Of a stretch of 64,000 nt of DNA, positions 38,615 through 48,649 are shown one piece after another. Source of the stretch: Terriglobia bacterium (GTDB lineage Bacteria > Acidobacteriota > Terriglobia > Acidiferrales > UBA7541); the NCBI GenBank assembly GCA_963695545.1, contig OY968796.1, positions 2,816,001 to 2,880,000 of the forward strand, written 5' to 3'. Made by a program: the position numbers and the translations under genes. The first letter of the stretch is position 1, and each line of letters opens with the position of its first letter. The notes below the pieces were generated by a model, which saw only the letters and a list, made by a program, of their open reading frames with translations, was not told the origin of the DNA and made no database searches.

Positions 38615-39598
38615 GTGGTAGCACCCATCCGCAAGGCCGTCTTGATTTACAACCCAGTGAGCGGGCGGCGGCGCTCGCGGCGCCTCGTCGAGATCGAGAC
38701 GGCGGGCAAAATTCTTTCCGACGCGGGTATCGCGATCGAATTCGCGCCGACGTTCGACCCCGGCTCGGGGACTACGATCGCGCGGCAGGCCGTGGCGCAA
38801 AAGTTCGATCTGGTGATCGCGTGCGGCGGCGACGGGACGGTGAACGAAATCGTGAACGGCCTGGCCGGCAGCAGAGTGCCGATGGCGCTGCTTCCCGCGG
38901 GCACGGCCAATATTTTGGCCAAGGAACTCGGGATTCCGTGGAACATTCCGGCCGCGGCTCGCTTGATACCTTCGAGCACGCCGCGGCGAATCGCGCTTGG
39001 GAGCATCGCGGCGCCGGGAGAACAGACCAACGGCAATTCGCCGCACGCGGATCGCTACTTCCTGTGCGTTGGCGGCAGCGGGCCGGACGGCGCAATCGTC
39101 AACGGTGTGGATTCCAAGCTGAAAAAAAGCATCGGCCAATTTGCGTATTGGGCGGAAGGGATGCGTCAATTATTCACGTACAAATTTCCGTTGATGCGCG
39201 TCGAATCGCGCGAGCGCACCGTCGACGCCACGATCGTAGTCGTCGGGCGAACGGCCGAGTACGGCGGGCCATTCAGAATCACCGACGGCGCCAGCCTATA
39301 CGAGAATTGTTTTGAGATCGTGGCTTTTTCAACGCGGAGCCGGCTGCGTTATCTGTTTGCGTTGCCCGCGCTTTACTTCGGCAAATTGCGCGGCGTGCGC
39401 GGAATCAGCGCGTGGAAGACGGCGGACGTGACATGCACGCCGCTCCCGGGCGGAACGCTCTACGCGCAACTGGACGGCGAGCCGGTCGGCGCGCTGCCGC
39501 TGCGATTTCGCATCGTTCCCGACGCGCTCACGCTGATGGTTCCATCCAGCGCGGCGAAAGCCAGCGACGCCGCCCAAGCGCCGAAGCAAACTGAATAA
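38615..39598 (+). CDS. Diacylglycerol/lipid kinase family protein
   Basis: NPVSG, GGDGTVNE, PAGTAN, YGG and QLDGE motifs. Start approximate. Confidence 0.9.
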   Translation: MVAPIRKAVLIYNPVSGRRRSRRLVEIETAGKILSDAGIAIEFAPTFDPGSGTTIARQAVAQKFDLVIACGGDGTVNEIVNGLAGSRVPMALLPAGTANILAKELGIPWNIPAAARLIPSSTPRRIALGSIAAPGEQTNGNSPHADRYFLCVGGSGPDGAIVNGVDSKLKKSIGQFAYWAEGMRQLFTYKFPLMRVESRERTVDATIVVVGRTAEYGGPFRITDGASLYENCFEIVAFSTRSRLRYLFALPALYFGKLRGVRGISAWKTADVTCTPLPGGTLYAQLDGEPVGALPLRFRIVPDALTLMVPSSAAKASDAAQAPKQTE

Positions 39599-39717
39599 AA
39601 CCGAACGACGCGCCGGCACTTTGGGGGAAGCCCGCATCGATTATGCGGAAAGCATGATCGTGCGGCCGCCGATATGATAGATATTCTGGGGCGTCAGAGC
39701 GAGGGGATATCAATTTT

Positions 39718-40650
39718 ATGAAGCGAGTCGCGATCGTTCTGCTTTTTGCGAGTTTCGCGGCAGCGATCGGCGCGGTGGACCAACCGCCACGGCCGCGCAT
39801 CCTGGGCATTTCGCACATGGCGTTATTTGTGAGCGACCTTGCGAAGTCGCGCTGGTTTTACGAGGACTTTCTCGGCTTCGGCGAGCCCTACAATTTGAAG
39901 CGCGACGACGGTTCGGTGCGGATCGCTTTCGTCAAGATCAACGACGATCAATCCATCGAGCTGTTCACGGATCCGCCCAAGCAGGACGGCCAACTGAGCC
40001 ACATCGCTTTCTATACCGACTCGGCCGAAGGCATGCGCGAGTATCTCGCCGCGCAGGGCGTGAAAGTGCCGGCAGCGGTGGGCAAGGGCAAAATCGGAAA
40101 TTTGGAATTCAACGTCACGGATCCTGACGGACATACCGTCGAGATCGTGCAGTACGAGCCGGATGGCTGGACGCGCCGCGAGCGAGGAAATTTCATGCCC
40201 CACACACGCATATCAACGCACATCCCGCACGTTGGCGTGACCATCCGCGCGCTCGATCCCGCGATTAAATTTTACGGCGGCATTCTTGGCTTCAACGAAT
40301 TCTGGCGAGGCAGCTCGAACGGCAAAATCCTGAGTTGGGTGAACATGCGCGTCCCCGATGGGCAGGATTATCTCGAGATGATGCTCTACTCGGGGACGCT
40401 CGATGCAAAAGGACTCGGCACGAAGAATCACATCTGCCTGGTCGTGCCGGATATCGACAAAGCCGTGGCTGAGCTCAAGTCCCGACCCGACGCGAAGAAT
40501 TATTCGCTGCCGATTGAAATCAAAGTGGGAGTCAACGGAAAGCGCCAGGCAAATCTTTACGATCCGGATGGCACGCGCGTCGAACTGATGGAGCCCGACA
40601 CATTCGATCACAAGCCGGTGCCGCCGTCGACGGCTCCGCCGCCGATGTAG
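39718..40650 (+). CDS. Exported two-domain VOC/glyoxalase family protein
   Basis: Signal peptide, SHMAL, DPDGHTVE, PHVGV, NHICL and DPDGTRVE. Confidence 0.88.
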   Translation: MKRVAIVLLFASFAAAIGAVDQPPRPRILGISHMALFVSDLAKSRWFYEDFLGFGEPYNLKRDDGSVRIAFVKINDDQSIELFTDPPKQDGQLSHIAFYTDSAEGMREYLAAQGVKVPAAVGKGKIGNLEFNVTDPDGHTVEIVQYEPDGWTRRERGNFMPHTRISTHIPHVGVTIRALDPAIKFYGGILGFNEFWRGSSNGKILSWVNMRVPDGQDYLEMMLYSGTLDAKGLGTKNHICLVVPDIDKAVAELKSRPDAKNYSLPIEIKVGVNGKRQANLYDPDGTRVELMEPDTFDHKPVPPSTAPPPM

Positions 40651-40955
40651 GACAAGACCGCGACGGAAGCGCCGTCAGCCAGCTAGCTGCTCTGCCAATC
40701 TTATTGAGCTCCCGCGTGCCGCGGCGGCTCGAAAATCCATTCGCATGTTTTTTTCGCCCTCGAAGTTTGGGCCGGCGCGCTGTGTAAGATGCAGAAACAT
40801 ATAGACTTAAGTCCTGAACCGCATCGGAACACGGGGTATCCGAAGTACTAGAACCGGGCTACCGTACCACCGGTACCAGTGCCCTATAGGGCCGCGGCGT
40901 TCCGCTTTGTATCCTTTACGCCGTGGGCACGCAGACCACAAACGGAGCACCTCTG

Positions 40956-41738
40956 ATGGAAAACAATCGGCCAGAAGCGCGTGTTGAGAGTATTCCTGAG
41001 CCAGAGACTGGAGTCGCGATCCCGCCTAAGGCCGCTCAGAAATACGAGAACACCAGAAAGTTTCGGAGAGCGAAGCTCCGCATGCGTCTGCGGGTGCGTC
41101 CGGGAGAGTTTGACTCCGGGGCATTCGAGGAAGTCGCGAACACGGTGGACGCTTCGCGCAAGGCGTTTTACTTCCACACTCCGTCCGACCGGTACCATCC
41201 GGGAATGCGTTTGCGCGTACGGTTTCCGTACGAACCAGGAGCGCTCGCGAACGAGGCGGACGATTTCGGCGAAGTCATCCGAGTGGATAAGCGGCCGCGC
41301 GGCTTTGGGGTGGCGGTGCTGTTCTGGAAGGCAGGCGCGGAGCCCACGGCTACGATTGCGGTCATGCCGAAGGCTGAAGTCGCGCAGCAAGAACGCCGCG
41401 GCGATACCGAACGGCGCACCCATGAGCGCCAGTCGCTGGTAGCGGCCGTCGAGTTGGTGGATCTGCCGACTGGAATCCGAATGCGCGCAAATACCACGGA
41501 CCTGAGTTTGGGAGGTTGCTACGTCAATACGCTGAACCCGTTTCAACCCGGCACCACGCTCGGGGTGAAGATCGAGCACAGCAACGTGACGCTCGAGGCC
41601 GAAGCGGTGGTGTGCGCGCGATTCGAGGGATCGGGGATGTGCCTGGAGTTCCGGAACATCACCGCCGAGCAATGCTCTCGGCTGAGTGAATGGCTGGGCG
41701 TGGCGGCGAACATAATGGTCGCCGACGTCGAGAGCTAA
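40956..41738 (+). CDS. Tandem PilZ-domain protein
   Basis: RKFRR..DASRKA in domain 1; RRTHER..DLSLGG in domain 2. Confidence 0.8.
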   Translation: MENNRPEARVESIPEPETGVAIPPKAAQKYENTRKFRRAKLRMRLRVRPGEFDSGAFEEVANTVDASRKAFYFHTPSDRYHPGMRLRVRFPYEPGALANEADDFGEVIRVDKRPRGFGVAVLFWKAGAEPTATIAVMPKAEVAQQERRGDTERRTHERQSLVAAVELVDLPTGIRMRANTTDLSLGGCYVNTLNPFQPGTTLGVKIEHSNVTLEAEAVVCARFEGSGMCLEFRNITAEQCSRLSEWLGVAANIMVADVES

Positions 41739-41746
41739 GCGAAACG

Positions 41747-41790
41747 AAAAAGGGGCAATCCCGCTCGAGCGGGATTGCCCCTTTTTTTTT
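41747..41790. terminator. Bidirectional intrinsic terminator
   Basis: AAAAAGGGGCAATCCCGCTCGAGCGGGATTGCCCCTTTTTTTTT, between convergent genes. Confidence 0.92.
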
Positions 41791-41824
41791 GCGCGCACGC
41801 TAACGCATGCGTTAAGAAAATAGC

Positions 41825-42643
41825 CTACATTTCGACGCTAATTTCGATGCGTGTGCCGGGATAATACGGGTCGTACATGTAATATCCGCCGTCTACGAAA
41901 TCAATGTAGACGTCGTCTGTGTAATACCAGTCCGCCGGCCACGGTTGGACGAATCCAAACCAAAAGCCGCCGTATTGGAAGCGGGAATATCCGCCGACCA
42001 TTTCTGGATTGCCCATGCGGAAGCGATGGCCCTCTCCAAAGTTGGCCTGGAAGCGAGCTTCAGGAATGCGGGTCGAAGTTCTGCCGCTTTCCCGCAATGC
42101 CGGCTGCGATCGTTGAGTTTGCTGCTCGGACGCGGTCCGCTGAACGTGTCCCTGCTGCGCTGGTCTGGCTTGCTGCTGTTTCGCTTGCTGAGGCTTTTGC
42201 GACTGTTTAGCCGCGGGCCTGGTGGTCGTTGTCGATTTGGCTTGTCGCTGCTCAGCGGGCTTGGCTTGCTGCTGCTTCGCTTGCTGGGGCTTTTGCGACT
42301 GCTTAGCCGCGGGCCTGGTAGTCGTTGTCGATTTGGCTTGTCGCTGTTCAGCAGGCTTGGATTGCGGCTGCGGCTTCGCTGCTTGTGCCTGTCGCTGCGG
42401 AGCGGGCTTGGCAGCTGGTTGCTGATGCGCGGCGGGCTCGGCCCGCTGCTGTTGCGCCGGCTTGGCTTGCGGTTCGGGCTTCGCCGCTGGTCTGGCCTCC
42501 GGCTGTTGCGCCGGCTTGGCGTCGGAGTGGCTTGCCGCCTGGCCGCCGTGATCATCCGGCTTGTCCTGTCGTGCAAACGCCGGAGCGCTGATTCCGAGAA
42601 GAAGGAACAGAGCTCCCGTACCGATCAATCTGACTGGTTTCAT
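41825..42643 (-). CDS. Secreted Gln/Ala/Pro/Lys-rich protein with aromatic C-terminal domain
   Basis: Signal peptide, low-complexity tract, then RFQYGGFWF..WPADWYYTDDVYID. GGAGG RBS. Confidence 0.75.
   Translation of the reverse strand: MKPVRLIGTGALFLLLGISAPAFARQDKPDDHGGQAASHSDAKPAQQPEARPAAKPEPQAKPAQQQRAEPAAHQQPAAKPAPQRQAQAAKPQPQSKPAEQRQAKSTTTTRPAAKQSQKPQQAKQQQAKPAEQRQAKSTTTTRPAAKQSQKPQQAKQQQARPAQQGHVQRTASEQQTQRSQPALRESGRTSTRIPEARFQANFGEGHRFRMGNPEMVGGYSRFQYGGFWFGFVQPWPADWYYTDDVYIDFVDGGYYMYDPYYPGTRIEISVEM
42167..42358 (-). repeat. Intragenic 96-bp tandem duplication
   Basis: KPAEQRQAKSTTTTRPAAKQSQKPQQAKQQQA occurs twice. GTCGATTTGG recurs at 42231 and 42327. Confidence 0.9.
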
Positions 42644-42787
42644 AAGCGCTGCCTCCAATGACAGCTATTGCACGCGCTGGTCGCTCGTCGCGTCGGGCGC
42701 GTTCCGTTCTTCGGTTCGAAAAATTCCTTGTGAGGCGGCTCGGCTTGTAGAACTGCGCCCCGCGCGGCGCGGCGCTGCAAAGTTTGG

Positions 42788-42979
42788 CTACGCCTTGATG
42801 TGAATCCCAGACAGAGTGTGCAGGAATCCGAAAATGTCCAAGAGCCATAGAACCACGACGATCACGACAATGGCGTTCAAAATGGATTTGATCGTGCCCT
42901 GCATCGGTATGAAGCTGTTGACCAGCCAAAGCAGCACGCCGACCACGACCAGGATCATCAAAACTTGAAGTAGAGGCAT
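42788..42979 (-). CDS. Thivi_2564-like small membrane protein
   Basis: VVGVLLWLVNSFIPMQGTIKSILN..VVLWLL. AAGGAG RBS. Confidence 0.85.
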   Translation of the reverse strand: MPLLQVLMILVVVGVLLWLVNSFIPMQGTIKSILNAIVVIVVVLWLLDIFGFLHTLSGIHIKA

Positions 42980-43265
42980 TGTCTTTTTGACTCCTTTTCT
43001 TCGCAGGAAGACACTCCGGCCTGTCCCAAGGTCCTGCGACTTACTGTGTTGATCCCAGAGCTATTGCGGCGTATGGAGAGGGAGGGAACCCGTATTTGCC
43101 GGCGTTGATTGGTCTGAAGCTTGAGGAATCGCGCTCGGTTCAGACTAAGCGCTCTCCTCCATACAGCGACATCGTAGAGGATGCGAGGGCGCGTGTCTGT
43201 CCCGTTGCGGACACATCAGCATTTCCGTTGCGGATTCGCCTGCCAGTCGCTAACATTTTGCGACT

Positions 43266-44651
43266 ATGGCAAACACAGATTCCGACGCATTGGTATTCTT
43301 CGGCGCGACAGGCGACCTGGCCTACCAGCAGATTTTTCCCGCGCTGCAGGCCCTGATTCGGCATCGCCACTTCGATCTGCCCATCATCGGCGTGGCATTG
43401 CCTCCGTGGACGCTCGATCAGCTTCGCGCGCGCGCGAAGGAGAGCATCCAGAAGAACAGCCACCTCGACGAAGCGGCGTTCGCGATTCTCTCCGCTAAAC
43501 TCCAGTACGTGAGCGGCGACTACACCGACCCTGAGACGTTCACAAAATTGAAAACGGCGCTGGGCTCGGCGTGCCGGCCGCTGTTCTACCTGGCGATTCC
43601 GCCAGAACTGTTCGGCCCCGTGGCTAAAGGGCTTGCCGCCGCGAAGTGCAATACGGGGGGCCGGGTGGTCGTCGAAAAACCGTTTGGCCGTGACCTGGCA
43701 TCCGCGCAATCGCTGAACCAAACGTTGTCGGCGACCTTTCCCGAAAGCGCGGTTTTCCGAATCGACCATTTTCTGGGCAAGGAGCCGGTCCAGAATCTGC
43801 TGTATTTCAGGTTCGCCAATTCGTTCCTCGAGCCAATTTGGAATCGCGAATACGTCGCGAGCGTGCAGCTCACCATGGCCGAACATTTCGGCATCGCAGG
43901 GCGCGGCGCGTTCTACGACAAGGTGGGCGCGATTCGCGACGTGGTGCAAAATCATTTGCTCGCGATCGTCGCGCTGCTGGCGATGGAGGCGCCGATTGCG
44001 CACGGCCTCGACGCGGTGCGCGACGAGAAGCAGCGCGCGCTTCGCGCCGCCCGGCCGCTCGCGCCCAAGGATGTCGTGCGCGGCCAATTCCGCGGCTACC
44101 GGAACGAGCCCGGCGTGGCGCCGAATTCCGACGTCGAGACCTACGCCGCGCTCAAAATGTACATCGACACATGGCGCTGGGCGGGCGTGCCCTTTTATAT
44201 TCGCACCGGCAAGGAACTGCCGGTCACCGCAACGGAAGTATTCGTTCGATTGAAACGCCCGCCGCAGAATGTGTTCGACCGCGTCGCTCCGAACGACGCG
44301 AACTATCTTCGTTTCTGTCTCAGCCCGGACGTATCGATCTCGCTGGGCGTGCGCGCGAAAACTCCGGGCGAGGCCATGGCCGGCAAACAAGTGGAACTTA
44401 CGATGCACGAAGCCACGGGCGACGAAATGCTGCCCTACGAGCGTCTGCTGGGCGACGCCATGCGCGGCGATCAGACGCTGTTTGTGCGCGAGGATAGCGT
44501 GGAGGCCTCGTGGAATATTGTCGATCCGATCTTGCCCGGCGTCGGCGAGGCGCCTCCCGCGCTCGAGTACGATCCCAACACCTGGGGACCGCCTGAAGCC
44601 GACGCGATCATTGCCGACGATGGCGGCTGGCACAATCCGTGCGGAGCATAG
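43266..44651 (+). CDS. zwf: Glucose-6-phosphate 1-dehydrogenase
   Basis: [28 protein letters not shown] and RWAGVPF motifs. Confidence 0.97.
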   Translation: MANTDSDALVFFGATGDLAYQQIFPALQALIRHRHFDLPIIGVALPPWTLDQLRARAKESIQKNSHLDEAAFAILSAKLQYVSGDYTDPETFTKLKTALGSACRPLFYLAIPPELFGPVAKGLAAAKCNTGGRVVVEKPFGRDLASAQSLNQTLSATFPESAVFRIDHFLGKEPVQNLLYFRFANSFLEPIWNREYVASVQLTMAEHFGIAGRGAFYDKVGAIRDVVQNHLLAIVALLAMEAPIAHGLDAVRDEKQRALRAARPLAPKDVVRGQFRGYRNEPGVAPNSDVETYAALKMYIDTWRWAGVPFYIRTGKELPVTATEVFVRLKRPPQNVFDRVAPNDANYLRFCLSPDVSISLGVRAKTPGEAMAGKQVELTMHEATGDEMLPYERLLGDAMRGDQTLFVREDSVEASWNIVDPILPGVGEAPPALEYDPNTWGPPEADAIIADDGGWHNPCGA

Positions 44652-44877
44652 GCTGGTCGGCGACGGAAGCTGCCGGTTCGGGCGGGCATCTGGGGAGCAG
44701 CCAAAGCACGCGCATCCTTGCGCATGATATCCCCAGGCAGAGAGTTGATGACCCGCCTGCACGTGTCGCAACACCATCAGTGACCGCGCGGAACACTTCA
44801 GATTAATCATACGTATATCAGTTAGCGGAGAAGGCGTATCTCGACGGGACGCTTCGCACAATTTCGGGAGAAATTAC

Positions 44878-45825
44878 GTGCGTCAAATGCACATCGCGCT
44901 GATCGTGCTTGGTGTGCCGCTGTTGCTCGCGGCTGCGCTCTCCGGCGTGGTCGGATATGAGGAAGGACCTTGGATTTTGCGGCCCGCTCGGCGGCCGCTT
45001 TCGCAGGAATTGATCGCGGGGGCCGGGGGCGCTTTCGGCGCCGTCGGTGGCAGCCTTGATGATTTCGATGTTCGCGCGGCAGACGCCGCGATACTTCGCG
45101 GGTGGCTCGGTCGTCCCTCGTCCGCAAATGGCGACTGGGTCTTGCTGTTTCATGGCATTGGCGACAATCGGGCCGGGATGGTCAGCTACGCTAGCTTCCT
45201 GCTTCGCAAAGGTTACGGAGTGGTGCTAATGGATTCGCGAGCGCAGGGTGAGAGCGATGGAAATCTCGCGACGTTCGGCTGGAAGGAGCGTTACGACGTA
45301 CGGGCAATTCTTGATGCGCTCATCGCCCGCGTGCATCCTCGCCACATTTTTCTGCTCGGTGAATCGATGGGAGCGTCGATCGCGCTGCAAGCGGCCGCGG
45401 TGGACGATCGGATTGACGGTGTGGTTGCTGAGGCTCCCTTCAGCAACCTGCGGGAAGTCGCTTATGACTACGCGGGCCTGCATTGGAATCCGTGGCTGGG
45501 CAAAACCCTGTTTCGCCCAGCGGTGATTTTCGCGATTCGCGCTGTGGAACGCGAGGGCGATTTTCGCGCCGATAATGTTTCTCCAGAAGAAGCGGTCGCC
45601 GCTCGCTCATTTCCAATTCTGCTGATTTGCGGCGGTGCCGATCACACGGTGCCTTGCCGTCACGCGCTTCGCATTTTTGCGGCCGCTTCGGGCGCGAAGC
45701 AGCTTTGGGTAGTCGCTGGCGCGGGCCATACGCAGGCGTACGGTGCTGATCCGGCGGAATTCGAGCGGCGCGTGTTGGGGTTCTTCGGTGAGATCGGCGC
45801 GTCGGAGCGGGCGCCCGCACAGTAA
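44878..45825 (+). CDS. Alpha/beta hydrolase, membrane-anchored
   Basis: LFHG, DSRAQGES, GESMG nucleophile, D (GADHTV) and H (GAGH). Confidence 0.88.
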   Translation: MRQMHIALIVLGVPLLLAAALSGVVGYEEGPWILRPARRPLSQELIAGAGGAFGAVGGSLDDFDVRAADAAILRGWLGRPSSANGDWVLLFHGIGDNRAGMVSYASFLLRKGYGVVLMDSRAQGESDGNLATFGWKERYDVRAILDALIARVHPRHIFLLGESMGASIALQAAAVDDRIDGVVAEAPFSNLREVAYDYAGLHWNPWLGKTLFRPAVIFAIRAVEREGDFRADNVSPEEAVAARSFPILLICGGADHTVPCRHALRIFAAASGAKQLWVVAGAGHTQAYGADPAEFERRVLGFFGEIGASERAPAQ

Positions 45826-45948
45826 AGCGCGGTGGCTGGCGAGGGGAAACGCGACAATCCCAAAAGCAGGCGGCTTCCGCCCGCCCGCAGAGCATCTAAC
45901 TATGTGTCGGAGTAAAGGCGAGAGGTAAGACCGGAGCAGGAGCGTGCT

Positions 45949-46890
45949 GTGCGAAATAAATTCATTTTGAAATTCGCGATGATCTCGGTTGCTGCGGTGA
46001 GCCTGGCCTCGGCGCCGATTGGCGCACAAGCGCAGGCGGCAGGCACGAAGCCGGTGAATGTGATTGTCACCGTGCTCGGCAAGGGCAAGGAAGCTGCGCC
46101 TGAGGTCACCGAAGATTCGGTGAACGTGCATCAGGATGGTAAGGCGCGCCCGGTGCTGGGTTGGCAGCGATTGCCGGAGGATGGGCAGGGTCTCGAATTG
46201 ATCGTGTACGTAGACGGATCGGTGGACGCCAGTGTCGCCAATCAGCTGCAGGACGTCTCCGCGTTTATCCGCGCGCTGCCGCGTGAGGCAAGCGCGGAAG
46301 TGGTCTATTCCTACGGAGGCGAACCACAAATCGTGCAATCGCCGACAACGGACCGCGAGCTTGCGGCGAAGTCAGTAAGGATTCCCTCGGGGCGATTCGC
46401 CGCTTCGTCTGGTCTGTATGCGGGCCTCGAGGATTTTGCGAAACACTTGCCGGACGGCGGGAGTCGGCGCGTGTTCCTGGTGATCAGCAATGGGATCGAT
46501 CTGCTTCGAGGCGTAGGGGAGAGCGATCCGGGGATCAATCCCGACTTGCAATCGGCGATCGACGAATTGCATCGCAAAGATATTTCCGTTTACGCCATCT
46601 ACGCGGGTGGCGGCGGACGCATGCTGGAAAACGAATATCTGGTGAACAACGGGCAAGGGTGCCTGGCGCGGCTGGCGGCGGAAACGGGCGGCGAGTTTTT
46701 CTCGATGGGGCTTTCCACGCCGATCGATTTCGAGCCTTATCTTAAGGACGTTTCGGAGGGATTGACGCACCAATATCTGCTTACGTTTGCCGCGGTCACT
46801 TCAACCAAGGCGCATCTCTCGACGCTCCGAGTTGGAGTCGAGGTCGAGGGCGCGGATGTGCTCGCGCCGGATCATGTTTTCGTGCCGTGA
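45949..46890 (+). CDS. Secreted VWA-like protein
   Basis: Signal peptide, VYVDGS, LVISNGID, LAAETGG and QYLLTF. Confidence 0.7.
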   Translation: MRNKFILKFAMISVAAVSLASAPIGAQAQAAGTKPVNVIVTVLGKGKEAAPEVTEDSVNVHQDGKARPVLGWQRLPEDGQGLELIVYVDGSVDASVANQLQDVSAFIRALPREASAEVVYSYGGEPQIVQSPTTDRELAAKSVRIPSGRFAASSGLYAGLEDFAKHLPDGGSRRVFLVISNGIDLLRGVGESDPGINPDLQSAIDELHRKDISVYAIYAGGGGRMLENEYLVNNGQGCLARLAAETGGEFFSMGLSTPIDFEPYLKDVSEGLTHQYLLTFAAVTSTKAHLSTLRVGVEVEGADVLAPDHVFVP

Positions 46891-46936
46891 GAGGAATGAC
46901 TGGCGGAAGCGCGAACGCCGCGGCCGGTGCGCGCGG

Positions 46937-46975
46937 AAAAGAAAAAGCCCCACCCGCAAATTCGGCGGGTGGGGC
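46937..46975 (-). terminator. Intrinsic terminator of the aldehyde dehydrogenase gene
   Basis: GCCCCACCCGC stem followed on the minus strand by TTTTTCTTTT. Confidence 0.8.
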
Positions 46976-47000
46976 ACCCAGTTAACAATATGCTGCCTGA

Positions 47001-48509
47001 CTAGATTGGCGTGCAGACGGCTTTTACCTCGGTGTAGGCCTCGAGGGCTTCGTGGCCCATTTCGCGGCCCCAGCCGGATTGCTTGTAGCCGCCGAAGGGA
47101 AGCGCGGCGTCGAAAATATTGTAGCAATTGATCCAGACGGTACCGGCGCGAAGTTGGGACGCGAGGCGATTGGCTTTCTGAATGTCGCGCGTCCAGATTC
47201 CGGCGGCCAGGCCGTATTCGGAATTGTTTGCGTGTTTGATCAAATCGTCGGCATCGCGGAAGGGAATTGCGGTGACCACGGGGCCAAAGATTTCTTCGCG
47301 CACGACTTTCATATTTTCGTTGGTGTTCACCAGGACCGTAGGCTTCACGAAGTAGCCTTTATCGCCCTGGCGGCTGCCGCCGACCGTGGCCTTGGCTCCT
47401 TCGGAGAAACCGGATTCGAGATAGCTGCAGACGCGATTGAGTTGTTCTTCGGAGACGAGCGGTCCCATTTCGGAAGATGGCTCCATGCCGGGGCCAATTT
47501 TTATTTCGCTCGCGGCAGTGGAGACGCCGTCGACAACTTTGTCGAACGAATCCTTCTGCACGTAGAGGCGCGAGCCGGCGCAGCAGCACTGGCCGTGATT
47601 GAAGAAAATCGCGCTGGCCGCTCCGGGTATCGCGATTTCGAGATCGGCGTCTTGCAGGATCACGTTGGGAGATTTGCCGCCGAGTTCGAGCGAGACTTTT
47701 TTCAGATTTCCGGCGGCGGCCTTGACGATCAGCCTGCCGACTTCGGTGGAACCGGTGAAGGCGACTTTGTCGACGTCGGGATGCGCGGCGAGCGCGGCGC
47801 CGGCGGTTTCGCCGAAGCCGGGAATGATGTTCACGACGCCGTCGGGGAAACCGGCTTCCTGGATCAGTTCGCCGAGGCGCAGCGCGGAGAGCGGCGTCTG
47901 CTCGGCCGGCTTCAAAACGACCGTGCAGCCGCAGGCGAGCGCGGGGCCAAGTTTCCATGCGGCCATCAGCAGCGGAAAATTCCACGGGATGATCTGGCCG
48001 ACCACTCCGACCGGTTCGCGCAGCGTGTACGCGAGATATTTCACGCCGGGGGTATAGGGCACGGAAAGCGGAATCGTGTTGCCTTCGATCTTGGTGGCCC
48101 AGCCGCCCATGTAGCGGAAAAGCTCGATGGCGAGGGGAACGTCGGCGGCGCGCGCGATGGTCAGCGGCTTGCCGTTGTCCAGGCTTTCAAGTTGAGCGAA
48201 CTCTTCGATATTTTGCTCGAGAAGATCGGCGAGTTTCCAGATCAGTTTGCTGCGATCGGACGCGGTGAGTTTCTGCGTCCACGGACCGCTATCGAATGCG
48301 GCGCGCGCGGCGGCCACGGCTCGATTGATATCTTCGCGATCGCCTTCGGCGACACGCGAGAGAACTTCGCCAGTGGCGGGGTTGTAAGTGTCAAACGTTT
48401 TGCCCGACGCGGCGTCGACCCACTTTCCGTTGATCAACATTTTCTGAGTTTTTGCGAGGTACCGGCTGACTTTGTCGTCCATGCGAACTGCTGACGTGGC
48501 AGTTGCCAT
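47001..48509 (-). CDS. NAD-dependent aldehyde dehydrogenase (ALDH1/2-like)
   Basis: PWNFP, FTGSTEVG, LELGGKS, GQCCCAG and EEIFGPV motifs. AAGGAGG RBS. Confidence 0.96.
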   Translation of the reverse strand: MATATSAVRMDDKVSRYLAKTQKMLINGKWVDAASGKTFDTYNPATGEVLSRVAEGDREDINRAVAAARAAFDSGPWTQKLTASDRSKLIWKLADLLEQNIEEFAQLESLDNGKPLTIARAADVPLAIELFRYMGGWATKIEGNTIPLSVPYTPGVKYLAYTLREPVGVVGQIIPWNFPLLMAAWKLGPALACGCTVVLKPAEQTPLSALRLGELIQEAGFPDGVVNIIPGFGETAGAALAAHPDVDKVAFTGSTEVGRLIVKAAAGNLKKVSLELGGKSPNVILQDADLEIAIPGAASAIFFNHGQCCCAGSRLYVQKDSFDKVVDGVSTAASEIKIGPGMEPSSEMGPLVSEEQLNRVCSYLESGFSEGAKATVGGSRQGDKGYFVKPTVLVNTNENMKVVREEIFGPVVTAIPFRDADDLIKHANNSEYGLAAGIWTRDIQKANRLASQLRAGTVWINCYNIFDAALPFGGYKQSGWGREMGHEALEAYTEVKAVCTPI

Positions 48510-48649
48510 TTTCGTGGCCTCCTTGAAGCGACTAATCCTGCGAGAGCGGGGCCCCGAGGGCCCGCTACCGGGCGACTCTAACTCATTCTGCGCGCGAATT
48601 TCAATCGAAGGGGTACCGAGCGGGCGGGCGCCGGCACGCGGGCCTGCCG

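Noticed and set aside
44800..44830. dif-like site (ATTAATCATACGTATATCAGTTAG)
   Set aside because: Only a partial XerD-arm resemblance, and the XerC arm does not match.
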